Source: Vitrella brassicaformis CCMP3155 (Eukaryota; Protista; Chromerida). From it: a stretch of DNA of 64,000 bases. Under the pieces are notes generated by a model. That model was not told the DNA's origin, searched no databases, and was given only the letters and a program-made list of their open reading frames with translations. The stretch covers positions 1 to 64,000 of the forward strand of contig CDMY01000373.1 of the NCBI GenBank assembly GCA_001179505.1, written 5' to 3'. The position numbers and the translations under genes were made by a program. Shown here piece after piece: positions 11,397 through 26,284 of the stretch (its first letter is position 1; each line of letters opens with the position of its first letter).

Positions 11397-12624
11397 TTAA
11401 GACGTAATGGACACCAGGGAGGCCAAGAGCCTATACTCAATGTACACGGTTTCGCCAGAGCCGCTCAGTGTGGCCGGCAGGATAAGTCGCCGCACCTCAC
11501 CCACACGCATGTCAGTAAGGACCTCCTGGAGCCACCCAGCACAGCTAGACACAAGATGCTCCGGCCCACGGTGCTCGCCTATCTTGTCTTGTCCGTCGAA
11601 GCCGTCACGCCACTCGATGACGTCGAACTTGACGCGCTGGTTACTTGTCGGTTTGGCTCCACTGCCCTGCTGCACGATCTTGTACTGCACTCCATTCAAC
11701 ATCTGCGCGAAGTCAAACCTGAGCAGTGACAGACAAGACAGTGAGTGAAGACACCAGTGCACTGTGTTGTTGGGGTCTTACTGTCGCTGCCGTGTGGATG
11801 GCACTTGCCCGAGACCACCGCTGAACGACCAACGATGCAGAGAATGAGCACATGAGTGTCGGCGCTTCCGCATCGTGCTACTCACAATGTCTGATGTGCT
11901 TTACTGGCTTTGGGGCTCTCGTCGGTGAGGCCGTACATAAACGCATTGATGTCGAACGCAGCCTGCTCAGTAGCACTGGCCATCTTGAGCACCACAGCCA
12001 TCTCAGCCGGCGACGCGCCGAGCCGTTTGCGGCGGTAGTGGTCGACCATACGGCTGACGTGGTCGGCCTGGACGTCCTCCACTGGTCGCGACCACCTACA
12101 CACACAGGGAAGCAGCCATGGTCCGTCATGCGGCGGGTATCTGTTTGGTGCTTACATGTCAAAACGATTTCTGAGTTTGTCGCTCATTTCGTCGATGGTC
12201 GATTGCGTCGTGGCGATCTTTTCTCCACAGACATCCACGGAACGAATCGATTCGCTGCCATTCAGAGGTCGCAGAAACGGCGTGACCGCCTGATTCATTC
12301 ACACACATACACACGTAGAGCATCGGACATACGTGTAGCTCGTCCTTTGCCGCTGCTTTCTGCTCGTCAGTCACCTTGATTTCGTTGCCAACGTTCTTGT
12401 ATCGTTGTCTGGCGGCCTCCTGCTCGCCCTCCAGCCGGACCTTTTCAGCAGCAAACACCGTGACAAAACAGCCGACCGCCTCGACGAAGTCATTAAGGTC
12501 CTTTGGGTTCCCGCTCAGTCGCATCTTCGGCTCAGCGACGGCACCAATTGTCCCTGCAGCAGCCGACGCGATTGCTGACAGCATCTTCCTGATCCAGTAA
12601 TCGTGAAGCCCTGCACACACCCAG

Positions 12625-12656
<32 letters not shown>

Positions 12657-13528
12657 TGGACAAATGAACAAGGAAACCTCCCCCTCCCACTTTGCCCACT
12701 CACCAGTGAAGTTGCGTCTTCTCGCGTCTTCGAGTAGGTGGCTGATGGAGGCCTGCGTGTTGGCCGTCGGGTGGGTCGCACTGCGGATGGTCTCCGCAGC
12801 CAAGATGGCCTTGTGGATGACCTTGAACGCGGCCGAATCCATGTCGATGACAATCCACTCCTGGTTGTCCCTGTCGGTGAGCTTGATGAAACGGTCGTCC
12901 GAGCTCCCACCGAACAGAGTGGCCAGCAGGGTCCCCTCGACGCCCCCTCCTTGCGTGAGGCGCTGACGCTTCACTCTCAGCTCGGCGCCGCCCACATTGA
13001 GCAGCAGCACGTCGTCAGGCGAGGCCTTTGACGCATCTGATGCGTCGTGTTTCTGCCGCTCTTGCTGGGCGTCATCATCAGCTTGTTGAATTTGTTTGTG
13101 AAGGGATTCGATGGCGTCGCTGGCCTTGGTCGTGGGAACATGGAGCTGGTTGAGAATGGAGATCACACTGAACTTCTGGGCTGACAGCTCGGCCTGCATC
13201 GCTCGCTGCATCAGTCACCGGGTACACACACATCTGCCATTTATTCGTTTAGTGCAGCATTCCTAGGTCCACCTGATTCTCACGGGCCTGTAAGACACCA
13301 CACATAACTCCATCCACACACATTGTCATGCGTTCTGGTGTGGCCACCTACCTTGTGTTCGGGCACTTCGATGAGCCGCTCCTCGGCCATGACACACGGA
13401 CTCCGCGGTGTCTGAGGCGTCGATTGAGGCACCACATTATTGCTCGCCGTCGCCCTGGGAGAGGCCTGTCTGACCACCTTGGCAGCGCGCCGCATCTTGA
13501 CCTTGATCTTGACCGGCATGCCAGACAT
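11397..13528 (-). CDS. BTB-BTB-FKBP fusion protein, copy A (coiled coil - KCTD-type BTB - coiled coil - degenerate second BTB - degenerate FKBP)
   Basis: The exons join in frame: DVLLLNVGGAELRVKRQRL (BTB1); VDVCGEKIATTQSTIDEMSDKLRNRFDMWSRPV...HVSRMVDHYRRKRL...AFDINAFMYGL (BTB2-like); GVQYKIVQQGSGAKP...GWLQEVLTDMRVGEVRRLILP...VYIEYRLL (FKBP fold). The start codon is uncertain (13528 or ~13391). Confidence 0.75.
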
Positions 13529-13875
13529 CCTGACCAGAGGGACACACGTAGAAGCGGATTTCTTGGCAGATCTGCGTCCTCGTCATGTGCACCTCCTCAC
13601 CCACCTGACTCTCGCCTGGGTGCTCCTTCCCCCCTTCTCCAGTCCTTTTGCGAGCTTTAGGAATAGTAAGCACTCTCTTTTCCCCCGCACGTCTACCAGT
13701 GCTTCATGTGAACCAGGTGAAATAGCGCACAAGAAAAAGCAAAAATGACGGAGGCCAATGCTTTCCGTTACTTCAACGCCAATTCATCGCATACATGATG
13801 CGTTCACGGTGGAGTCAACGCACGCACTCAACAAAACGCACTTCATGGATGCACATCGATCATTCGTTCATTCAT

Positions 13876-17156
<3,281 letters not shown>

Positions 17157-17392
17157 CAGACAGACAGACAGGGGCATGAGACCGGCACAGAGATACGAAG
17201 ATGAGGTGCGGGGGACGTTAATGACTTGTTATTACATGAATGAACTATCGCAGCGAGCCAAGCGCTTGATTGCCAAGAGCGCTAACTCAATCGTATGTCG
17301 ACTCTTTTAATGATTCAGTTAGCGCAAGATCATTGCAATTCGGTGTCTCTCAGTCATCTACTTCTGTCTGTCCATCCATCCATCCATCCATC

Positions 17393-20300
17393 TCACTGTA
17401 TCTTCCGCTTCAGCTGTGTCTCCATGTCGGTCTGCCGCTTGTCCATCCTCGCCTGTCGCTGGTCCATCTGCTTCTGCCGCGCGTCTATTTCTACCAGTAG
17501 CTTGTTCACTCCTTGCAAGACTAACAGGAAGAACAAGAGACACATAATGGCTCACTTGCGTTGTGTGAATCAGTGTCCTCTCACCCGCCATGACGTCAGG
17601 AGAAGTCGCGTTGTGGTAATCTGCCGCCCTGATCCGCTCGTCGATGCTCTCACCCGAAAAATCCACCTTTGGAGGATCGGGAGAATAGGAGTCGGCCCGA
17701 GCCTTGATTTGACAGCAGATTCAAAGCAGAATGAATTTGACAAACTTCGTTGTCTTTCCTTCTTTGGTGACTTACTAATAGACACTCGATCTGTACGAAG
17801 AGCATGAAGAAGCGGAGTATGCTGAGTGGCGTGAGAAGGGTGAGTACAATGGCGTTCCACAGTCGCTGCCACAGCCATTCTGCGCGCTGGAAGAGGCACG
17901 GCCAGGGAGCATCCAGTCTATAGGCCCAGTGTTCAAATTGTCGTCCATAGGCCGAGTATTCATAAGGGTCGATATGGAAACAGTCCTTGTCGCGCAGCAC
18001 ACGTGGCAGCCGCTCCAGAGCCGAGAGGATAAATGCGGGTGTGAATGCGACGGTGAAGAGAAGCCCATCGATGATGGCATACAGAGACACCATGCACTCG
18101 CAGGTGTTGCGGCACATTGTCGACTGCCGACGCCGATCTCTGTCGATGAGAGAGGCGAGATGCCGCAAGGGTTCCGACAGAAGGAAAGCTGCAAAACCAA
18201 TGGATGACATGTCTGCATGCGTGTCCGGGCTTGCTCACCGATGAGGTTGAATGGCGGCGGCAGGCGCTCGTGCGGCGGCATTGTGAGATATTCATTCAAC
18301 ACGCGAATGCGGAGCAGCCTGCACAATTCCATAAGCCTCTGCCCTTGTCACTTCCTGTTGGCCTTGTTTGCTTACTGGTACTGCGCGTCCTGTGTGTCCT
18401 CGATCGCCGAGTACGTGGACGCCTGACAGACAATACAGACGTCGGATCGGTCATGTAGCACAATCGATTTGTGGTTTGTGTCTCACCATAATGGCGATGA
18501 GCAAATTGAGCTATTGATGAATGCGGGCAGAGAGAGAAAGGAAAGGGACTTCTCGTATGTGCTCGTCCGTTGACGAATTAGTGACGCCAAGGCTTACGAG
18601 TATGATGGAGGAGAGGATGATGTAGGTGAACAGCAGGACGGCCCCCAGCGTGTCGTGGCCCTCTATGGCGTTGGTCAACGCGTCGTTGAAGTCTCCAAGC
18701 CCGGCGTAGAAACTGCAAAAGCCAAGGATATGACACGACCACTGTCACGCATGCTGACGAGCTCACATACGCACAGTGTGAGCATGGCCCGGCCGTAGGA
18801 GCCGAAGTACTGGTGGTCTTCGTCGGACGAGAGGATGGTGAAGACGCCCGCGAAGACCAGCAGGATGTAGAGGTACAGCAGCAGAAATTTCCTGACGTCC
18901 GACAGCGTCCTCACCACAGCGCTGACACATACACCCATTACACACAGCATGAGACACCTCTGTGTGTGTGTCTCTGTGACTCTCATGGTTCCCTCACAGA
19001 ATGAGCGGTCCGACGTTGGGGAGAAGACTGGCGGCTTGCAGGAGCCGCAGGGCGAACAAGAGCGGGACCACTATACCTGAGGCGACCTCTGCTTCCGGCG
19101 ACCAGCCGAGGAAGTGGATGGCAATGAAGGCGGCGATCGACACGCCCGAGACACAGTCGAGGTAGTTCCTGCATGAAAGCAGGTTGAGATCAAGAGTGTG
19201 ATGAACCTTCCAGGTTGAGATCGGGAAGGTTTATTTACCAGGAGTCCTTCCAATAGTGTGCCTTCAAGCGGAAGAGCTGTGCACATGGCAGAAAACATCA
19301 AGACGATACGGATTCTCTAGTTAAGTTTGTTGTCTCCCTTCTTCCTTACTTGGAACCACTCGACTACAATGAAGCCAAAGCCAAACGCCAGGGCACTCCA
19401 CAGCCACACGGACTGCCCCTCTGCAGCCGCTCTCGTGTTGCCGTCTCCTTTGATGTTTCTCGTGTAGAGCAGCACAGAGAAGACCCTGCCCGACCGAGAA
19501 AAGAATACCATGTCTCTTCCTGGCTGTGGTGGCTTCTCTATGCTCTCTTACATCAGAATCATTGACAGTACGCGGCTGAAGAATGCACTCCGAGGGGAAA
19601 GCCCCGTTCCATGGCTTTTCATCTTTCGCCTGATCTCCTCAGCGGTGTATTCATAAAACAAGTCGAGTGGCCGTCCATAGCTATAAATCTTCTGCCAGTG
19701 GTGTGTGATGAGGTTGATGCAATTGGCTGTCGCAATCGAATGAAAGGCAGGAATGTAAGTCGAATGTAGAAAATGTCGCGGTGGTACCTTGCGTGACCAC
19801 TGTCAGGGGCTCAGCAGACTCCAAGTGCTCAAGAAACTCCTCCTCGCGGCCTTTGATTGAGCGCCGGAAGGCTTTTTCGCGTGTATTGGTGCAGAAGCGT
19901 TTGCAGATAGCCTGATTTATTAAACAGTACAAATGTGCGGAATGAGCGAATGGGATCTCAAAATATATTACATGTACCTCGAGCCACGATGCCACCTCCG
20001 CAATATCACTGCACACTCATCGAAACCACACAATCTGCGGAGATGCTCGACTTTGACCTTACTCTGTGAGAGAGTCCTTCTGTCGCGACTGCATCAACTC
20101 GCGGAAGAATGAGCACCAGCGGAGACTGTCGAAGCCCGACGACTTGGATCGGTGTCGTAGGTACTGAGCGAATCCTTGTTTCAAGAAGGGAATGACTTCG
20201 GGAAGGACGGCCGGCTGCAAGACGCTATTCAGCTTTTCGTTTCACGAGCCACTCCATGGCGATCCCTTTTGCTTCAGGCGCCGCCAGCATCGCACCGACA

Positions 20301-21725
20301 GCTTTGCCACACTTCAGGCGGATGGCGACATCGAAAGGCGTCTCGTCCTTCTGCGCAGCGAAGAGACGCATATAACGCAGAGCAGCTTGGATCATGTACT
20401 GAAGCTTACCGCATTCCACTTCTCCAGTAGGTCGGGGTATTTCGCTATCAGCACTTGAACCACTCCTGGGCTGTTTGCCTCTGAGGAATGAAAGGACAGT
20501 CAGAAATCTCTTTTTCTCCTGCCATTATTTTTGTCGGCGGCTGACTGACCTGCTGCGATGTGAAGGAGAGTGTGTCCCTCCTAGGGATCAAACACAAATA
20601 GTCACTCCGGCAGTAAGGACGTTGGGCCCTGGTATGAGATAGATACCTTATCAGTGACATCCAACAAGTCAGGGGGGGATCTCCAGCATCGTCTCCAACA
20701 TACTTGTACGGCCGGATGCTGCCACACGGCAACACGAATCCTTACAGAAGCCGCACAGTCAATACACCCTACCTGCTGCCTACCTGCTGCAGAGTGCAGA
20801 GGGATGCGACCATCCTGTCAGACAGACAACAATGCCAACCGTCACCCATGATGTGCAGCCGTCAAACGTGTTCATCTTCACCTTGTCCTGAGCTTTCAGA
20901 AGGTCCTTTCCGCCCCACTCGATGAACTTCTTGACAAGATGAGCTCCACCACCTTCCTTCGCAACGTAATGGAGTGGTCTCTCGCCATCCTAGAGACACA
21001 GTATAGAGACAGAAGCGATAAGTGGATCAGCCATAACGGCGAGGATGACCCTGGACCATGAAAGCGGTGTTCGCGACGTGATGGAGTGGCGTCCTGCCAT
21101 CCTAGACACCGCAAGAAGGCAGCAGGGAGTCAGCCACAGCAACGAGGATGACCCTGGACCATGATACCATATCTTTCAGGTTGAGCAGGTGACGCCGGTT
21201 GTGCAGCAGCACCTCGAAGACCTCTACCGTCGCCGGCCTGTATTTGACCCCACTGTGACCTGAGAAGCAGATAGGAGCTTCGCGTCTCCACATGAAAATG
21301 GCGTGAGACGACGATGCATACCTGCAGCCAGGTGGATGGTAGATCCGGATCCCCAACCGGTCGTCAGGATTCTCTCCGCTTCATCAGGCGGCAGACTGGC
21401 AAGATCCTTCCGCAGCTGCTCCAGCTCTGCTGCGTCTGCGTGGCCAAAGACTGCCTTTCCGATCCTGCCGCTGAGTGAATTGGTCGCCTCGTCTTCCTCA
21501 ACGGCAGGGGCACCCACCAGGGGGACCTGCGGATCAAGTGGCACAAGTGACGGCACTCATGAAGTGCTCGAGAACTGGATGGACCTCTTCGAGCCGTCTC
21601 GGGGCAGGGGGGACCTCATCCTCGACATCAGCCAGCTGCAACTCCACGTGCCCCTTTTCCTTGTCCAGCAGAAGGGGAATGTTGTCACTCGAGGCCGACG
21701 CCGCCCGACGGGACATCTCAGCCAT
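17393..21725 (-). CDS. Ankyrin-repeat TRP-type cation channel; the 5' end probably extends to ~22146 or further
   Basis: Ankyrin exons STIHLAAG, DGRTPLHHVA, DGERPLHYVAKEG, DGRIPLHSAA, EGHTLLHIAA and KDETPFDVA. Six TM segments follow, with pore/S6 GLGDFNDALT...LLFTYIILSSIILLNLLIAIM, post-S6 RIRVLNEYLTMPPHERLPPPFNLI and a C-terminal coiled coil. The ATG at 21725 directly follows a splice acceptor. One ankyrin junction has a frame anomaly (see findings). Confidence 0.8.
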
Positions 21726-22535
21726 CTGCAATGGAAAGGACGTGAGAGGAGGATGTAGAGATGCAAGAGCAATACAAGCCGACCTTCTCTCTCTCTGGCT
21801 GTCCGTGAGCGATGGCCTCCTTCTCTCCATCCTCCACTGTCGACAGCTGGACGTAGCCGGGGTCATCAGCGGATGGGCGACTGTTTCCGTTGCTCAAGCT
21901 GCTGCCTTGCGGCCTCCAGACGCCCAGCATTCTTTCTGCAACGCTACTGATATTACCTGGCGGAGACGGGGAGACGCCCGCCACGGCCCCCACTCGATAA
22001 GACTCGGAGTTTGTCCCGCTCGGAGACAGATCTTCAAGCGTCCGCGTGTGTTTCAGACGTCTGCGGAGCCTCGATGATAGGTTTCGGCCTCGCTGCAACC
22101 CTATTGGTTGGCCTGCCGCTGTCTGCATGTTCATGCAGCTTTCCAAGAAAAGGGAGGGAGGTCTGGTATCGGTGGCACACTCACTTCGACACTGCTGCTA
22201 TAACTGTCTGACTCAAGGAAATCCGTTACGTGCTGCAACTCAAGAGACGACACCACAGGCACCGATGAGCCCTCCCTGTGGAACGCAGACAACGAAGACA
22301 TAAATTCGGCAGAACAGGAGGCAGAGCAAGATGATGCTGCAGTGGCCGAAGATCTGCACGCAACAGGCAGATAGGGCAGACAGACGTAGAAATGCGTGTC
22401 TGCTGGACAAACGTATGTATGTATGTATGTACGTGACTCTGTCTTGTCCAGGTAATGGTGATGTCGGTGTTCCATTTTCTGCCTCAGGCCCATCCGTCGG
22501 AGCAAACAATGTCCGGCGTCTGAATGTTGGGAATA

Positions 22536-25500
22536 TCAGCAGCGTCGGGTGGTGATGAAAAGCCTCCTCGTCACCGATCCCTCATCTTCCTCGTCTCGCC
22601 TTTCCTCCGTCTGATACGACACACGAACCCATTTGTCCAACACGTCGTCTTCTTTGTTCTGTGCGCCCGAGAGCGACGGCTCGAACGCCCTGTCTTTCGC
22701 CGGCTTGCTGGCAAGAAGGGGCGAGGGGGCTGGCGATGCTGTGTCTCTGGCGGAGTGCTCGGAGAGGGGGCTCTGGGGTGGGACGGTGACTGGCATGACT
22801 GGCGAGGAACAGTGATGTGGGCTCATTAAGGAGGGCTGCATCAGATGCCGCATGCCAGGCGAGGACGTGGCGGGTGGAGGTTCGCCTCTGTTCTCATGCC
22901 TGCTGTTCTTCTTTCGCATCATGTCGACGATCCTCTCGCGCAGAGCCGCGTCAAGGGCATCCGACGGAAACGGAAACGTATGTGCCTGCCCCTCCTCTAA
23001 TGCTGACAGCGCCGTCCGCATCAGTGGACCTCTGTGTCTCAGCGGCAGGCTCACGTCACTTCTGTCCTGCTGCAGCGGCCCTTTGTTGTGCCGGCTGTTG
23101 GTCATCATAGCAGCAGTCGAAAGAAACGAGCGTCGAGAGTGGATGGGGGACTGTCGAGCTCGTTGAAAGGGATGTGCAAGGAAGGCCCCCGGCGCAGTGA
23201 TCGAGTACCTCACTCTGGGCCGCACACGAGCGGCTGACAAGGCCGTTGGCACAGCGGCTTGGCCTTGGTTGGATGCGCTTGCTTGCGAGGCAGGGAGACT
23301 CTGGGTGTCCCACTCAGGTAGCTCGTTATCAGGTAGGGACGCCGGAGGGATGGAGACACCAGCGGAGTCTCTATCCGCATGCGGGGAGACGGATGACGCC
23401 CGCGAGCGGATGAGGAAGCGGTCGGAAAGGCGACGAATCGGCGCCAACACACTGCGAGACAGGATCTGCAGCGACAACGAGAGGACACATGGTGCTGTCG
23501 ACTGCCAAGTTGTGTGTCTCGATCCATCTGTTGACCTGTGAGAAAGTGGTCTCGGTGAGGGTGGGCTTCCGAAAGACTGACACCCGCCCCGGCCGACTGA
23601 GGTACCCCTGCCCATCAGCAGCCCCATCCTGCGGGCCCTGGCCTGGAACTCCGAGGACGAGGAGGCGGCCGACTCCAGGCAGGGACTTTGAAGCATCGTT
23701 GTCCTGATGGTTTATGGCCTGCTGGCTGCGGTGCTCAATGATGTGCGAGAGAAGGACAGGGTCGAGTCCCTGACAAAGAAGGGACAGCGGAGATGAGATG
23801 GCTCTAGGTCTATGGCTTTTGGTTGCTGTGTCCATTTTTGTGTGGTGTCTCTGATTGGCAGTCTGACCGAGAATAGCTCGACTTGTAGCAGGTCCGCTGT
23901 CTTGAGGAGCAGCCGTCGATCCTTCTCTGAGACACGGCTCCACAATCGGATGAAACGCTCCTCCTGCAATCCACCAGCGACACAGCAGAAAGATACATAC
24001 ATGTGCCACCTTCATGCTCATGCGCCTACATGCCGCAGACAGCCCGACATCGCACGCCACACTTGTTTGGCGTAGTGCTCCTCCTTGGTCGACCGCGGCA
24101 GGAAGGGGAACCTCACAGCCACCTCCTCCAGGAAGCTCCGTGGCGCCTTCGAGAAGCGCCTGGGGTCGGCAGAGAGATGCCCAGCTGCGTTGTCAGCCTG
24201 CATCAGCTTGTTCCGCCGCTGCATATACTCGGACAATGTCGTCAGCCAGATGGTCGCCAGGCGGCAGAAGAAAAATATGAAAAAGGAGGCTGCATGCAAG
24301 GCAGAGCGGAGAAGAGGGCGCTATAGGTGAGAAGGGAGGAGAGAGTGATAGACATACCGGCGACAACGATGGCCGTGAGGATGACGATATCGAGCAGCAC
24401 GAAAGCCCAGCGCCGCTTGTTGGCGTCAGACTTGAGAAGTGCTGAAAGAGAGACACACGTGCGCTCACTTCTCCTGTATGGGTATCTGTATTGTGCCCTT
24501 ACCGAGCATTGTGATCTGAAGAATGATCAGGATCTCATCGTTCCAATTCACATACCACGCACGCCAAGGCCAAAAGTGGGCTTGCAGCAGTGCGCTCGTC
24601 AGCAGGATTCCCTGGACGAGCAGCACTTTGAGGAAAGGATCTTCCACAAAAGTAACCATCACCGACGTCAGCAGGTGGCGGTAGATGAGCACCAGCGACC
24701 ACCAGTAGACATCAGAGTTATAGGGCAGGAAGAGAAAGCGGAATCTCTCCTGGAAGTCCCGGCTGTTGGAGGACTCCCGGGGCGCGATGCGGAGGATATA
24801 TATCCACGAAACGTTCAGACACAGCTGTATGCACACACACACATATAGAGAGAAGTGGCCACCAGTGAGACATGAATATCCATGAAAAGGCGTCTTGTTA
24901 CTCCGTAGAAGAAGAGCCCCACAGCAGCCGGCGTCATGAGTCGCATCCACTCCTTGCTCGAGTAGCAGATGATCTCTGGGTACTGATAGTTGCTGCGGCT
25001 GCCGTCACTGTGGTGGAACGAACAATGGAAGGGCATCAGCATCAGGTGGCTCAACGAGATGTATAGCACCTGCCACACACACGAAACACTTGTACAAAGA
25101 CACCCACACACACCTGTCTCTCTTTGCTCTGACCTCGAAGAGCACGCCACACGAATTAAAAATCTTGTTCCATCGGAGGGGCTTTGAACGATGGTTGAAC
25201 AGCGTCTTCTTGACACGAGCAACCACCCAGGACATCAGCCACAGCACCACAAACCCGCCAGGGATGGCCAGCGGGCACATAAGCACCGTCGTGAACCGAA
25301 GAGTGTAGTTCTCTCCCCACAGGCAGCCGAACTCCGGGATGACAAAGTCCAGAGGGATGACTTCGAGGGCTTCAATCACTTCCTTGGCAAGCTTGGGCCA
25401 GGTCAGATCGATCTTGCCATAGAGCGTGACGCTTTCGAGGAAGAATATCAGGGAGTTGAGGGACGCTGCGAACTCGTAGGCCGGCACCCCGCTGATCTCG

Positions 25501-26182
25501 GTTGTGTCCATGTCAAATGCGAAGTAGCAGAACCAGAGCACGAGCAAGAGTCCCGCTGACGAGGAAAGGAAGACGGGCGTCATCATCGGACACGCACGGC
25601 ATCGGTCCTCGTCAAGCCAATAGCCTGACTCACATTCCTTGTGTGCAAATGGCGATTCGGCCAAGTGTTGATTTCCTTCTCGCATACCGTTCTCGCACGC
25701 CGAGCATGTGCGGCCGTAGGTGTGCTCGCGACATGGCGATTGGTGCGTGGTGTTGACCAAGCCCCCTGGACACAGACCCATCTCCTTGCACTTGTACACC
25801 ACGAGAAGGCCGTCTGTTCTCTGCAGGGCGAGGGCGTGATAGATAGCCCTTGTCGATACGAATGCGACCATCAGCGGAACACCGGGAACCTGTGCGCACA
25901 CGTCCCACTTGAAATGACTTCAATGCACTGAATTCTCTCTTTCTTACCAGAGGGGCAGTCGTGGCACTTGCCATCCAGGTTTCTGTACCGCCCTGCACCA
26001 CACGCCATGCTGCTGGCGCCGCTAGAGCCTTGTAAAGCGCGAAGACTCCCTGCGTCAATAGCATCGGAAGTTGCACTGCGGAAAGCTCTGCTGGGGGAAC
26101 GAAGGAAGCCACTGAACGTCCTGCTGGCCTCACCATTGCTCAGTGCGTGCACAAACAGGAGGAAAAGGCCGAATTTCGTCAT
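22536..26182 (-). CDS. Cys-rich ectodomain + ~9-TM receptor-like protein with a long disordered tail; carries a 4-bp duplication frameshift in exon 2 (possible pseudogene or assembly error)
   Basis: Signal MTKFGLFLLFVHALSNG; CGAGRYRNLDGKCHDCPSG; YKCKEMGLCPGG...GRTCSACE...GYW; TM core including RFRFLFLPYNSDVYWWSLVLIYRHLL and LLQAHFWPW. The exact 3' end (22485-22536) is uncertain. Confidence 0.7.
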
Positions 26183-26284
26183 CGTGACCGGCAGGCTCAG
26201 ATCGCGATCAGAAATGCGCGCGCACAGCTCGCAGCGAAGGACTCCCTCCCCAAGAGCTCCCCAGGGGGCTCCCCCCCAAGCGCA
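26183..26284. promoter_or_regulatory. Candidate compact bidirectional promoter (102 bp between divergent ATGs)
   Basis: The receptor-like ATG at 26182 (-) and the CobW ATG at 26285 (+) face away from each other. Promoter activity is inferred from geometry only. Confidence 0.5.

Noticed and set aside
17650-17780. Apparent frameshift in the TRP C-terminus, and another at ~21557
   Set aside because: Both are resolved by phase-0 GT-AG introns (GTAAGT donor after CLL; GTCCAT...CCGCAG after LEE), so the gene was not called a pseudogene.
21726-22536. Possible read-through fusion of the receptor-like gene with the ankyrin-TRP gene
   Set aside because: The region looks coding, but every GT-AG path I traced hit a stop. 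It is left unresolved as possible 5' exons of the TRP gene.
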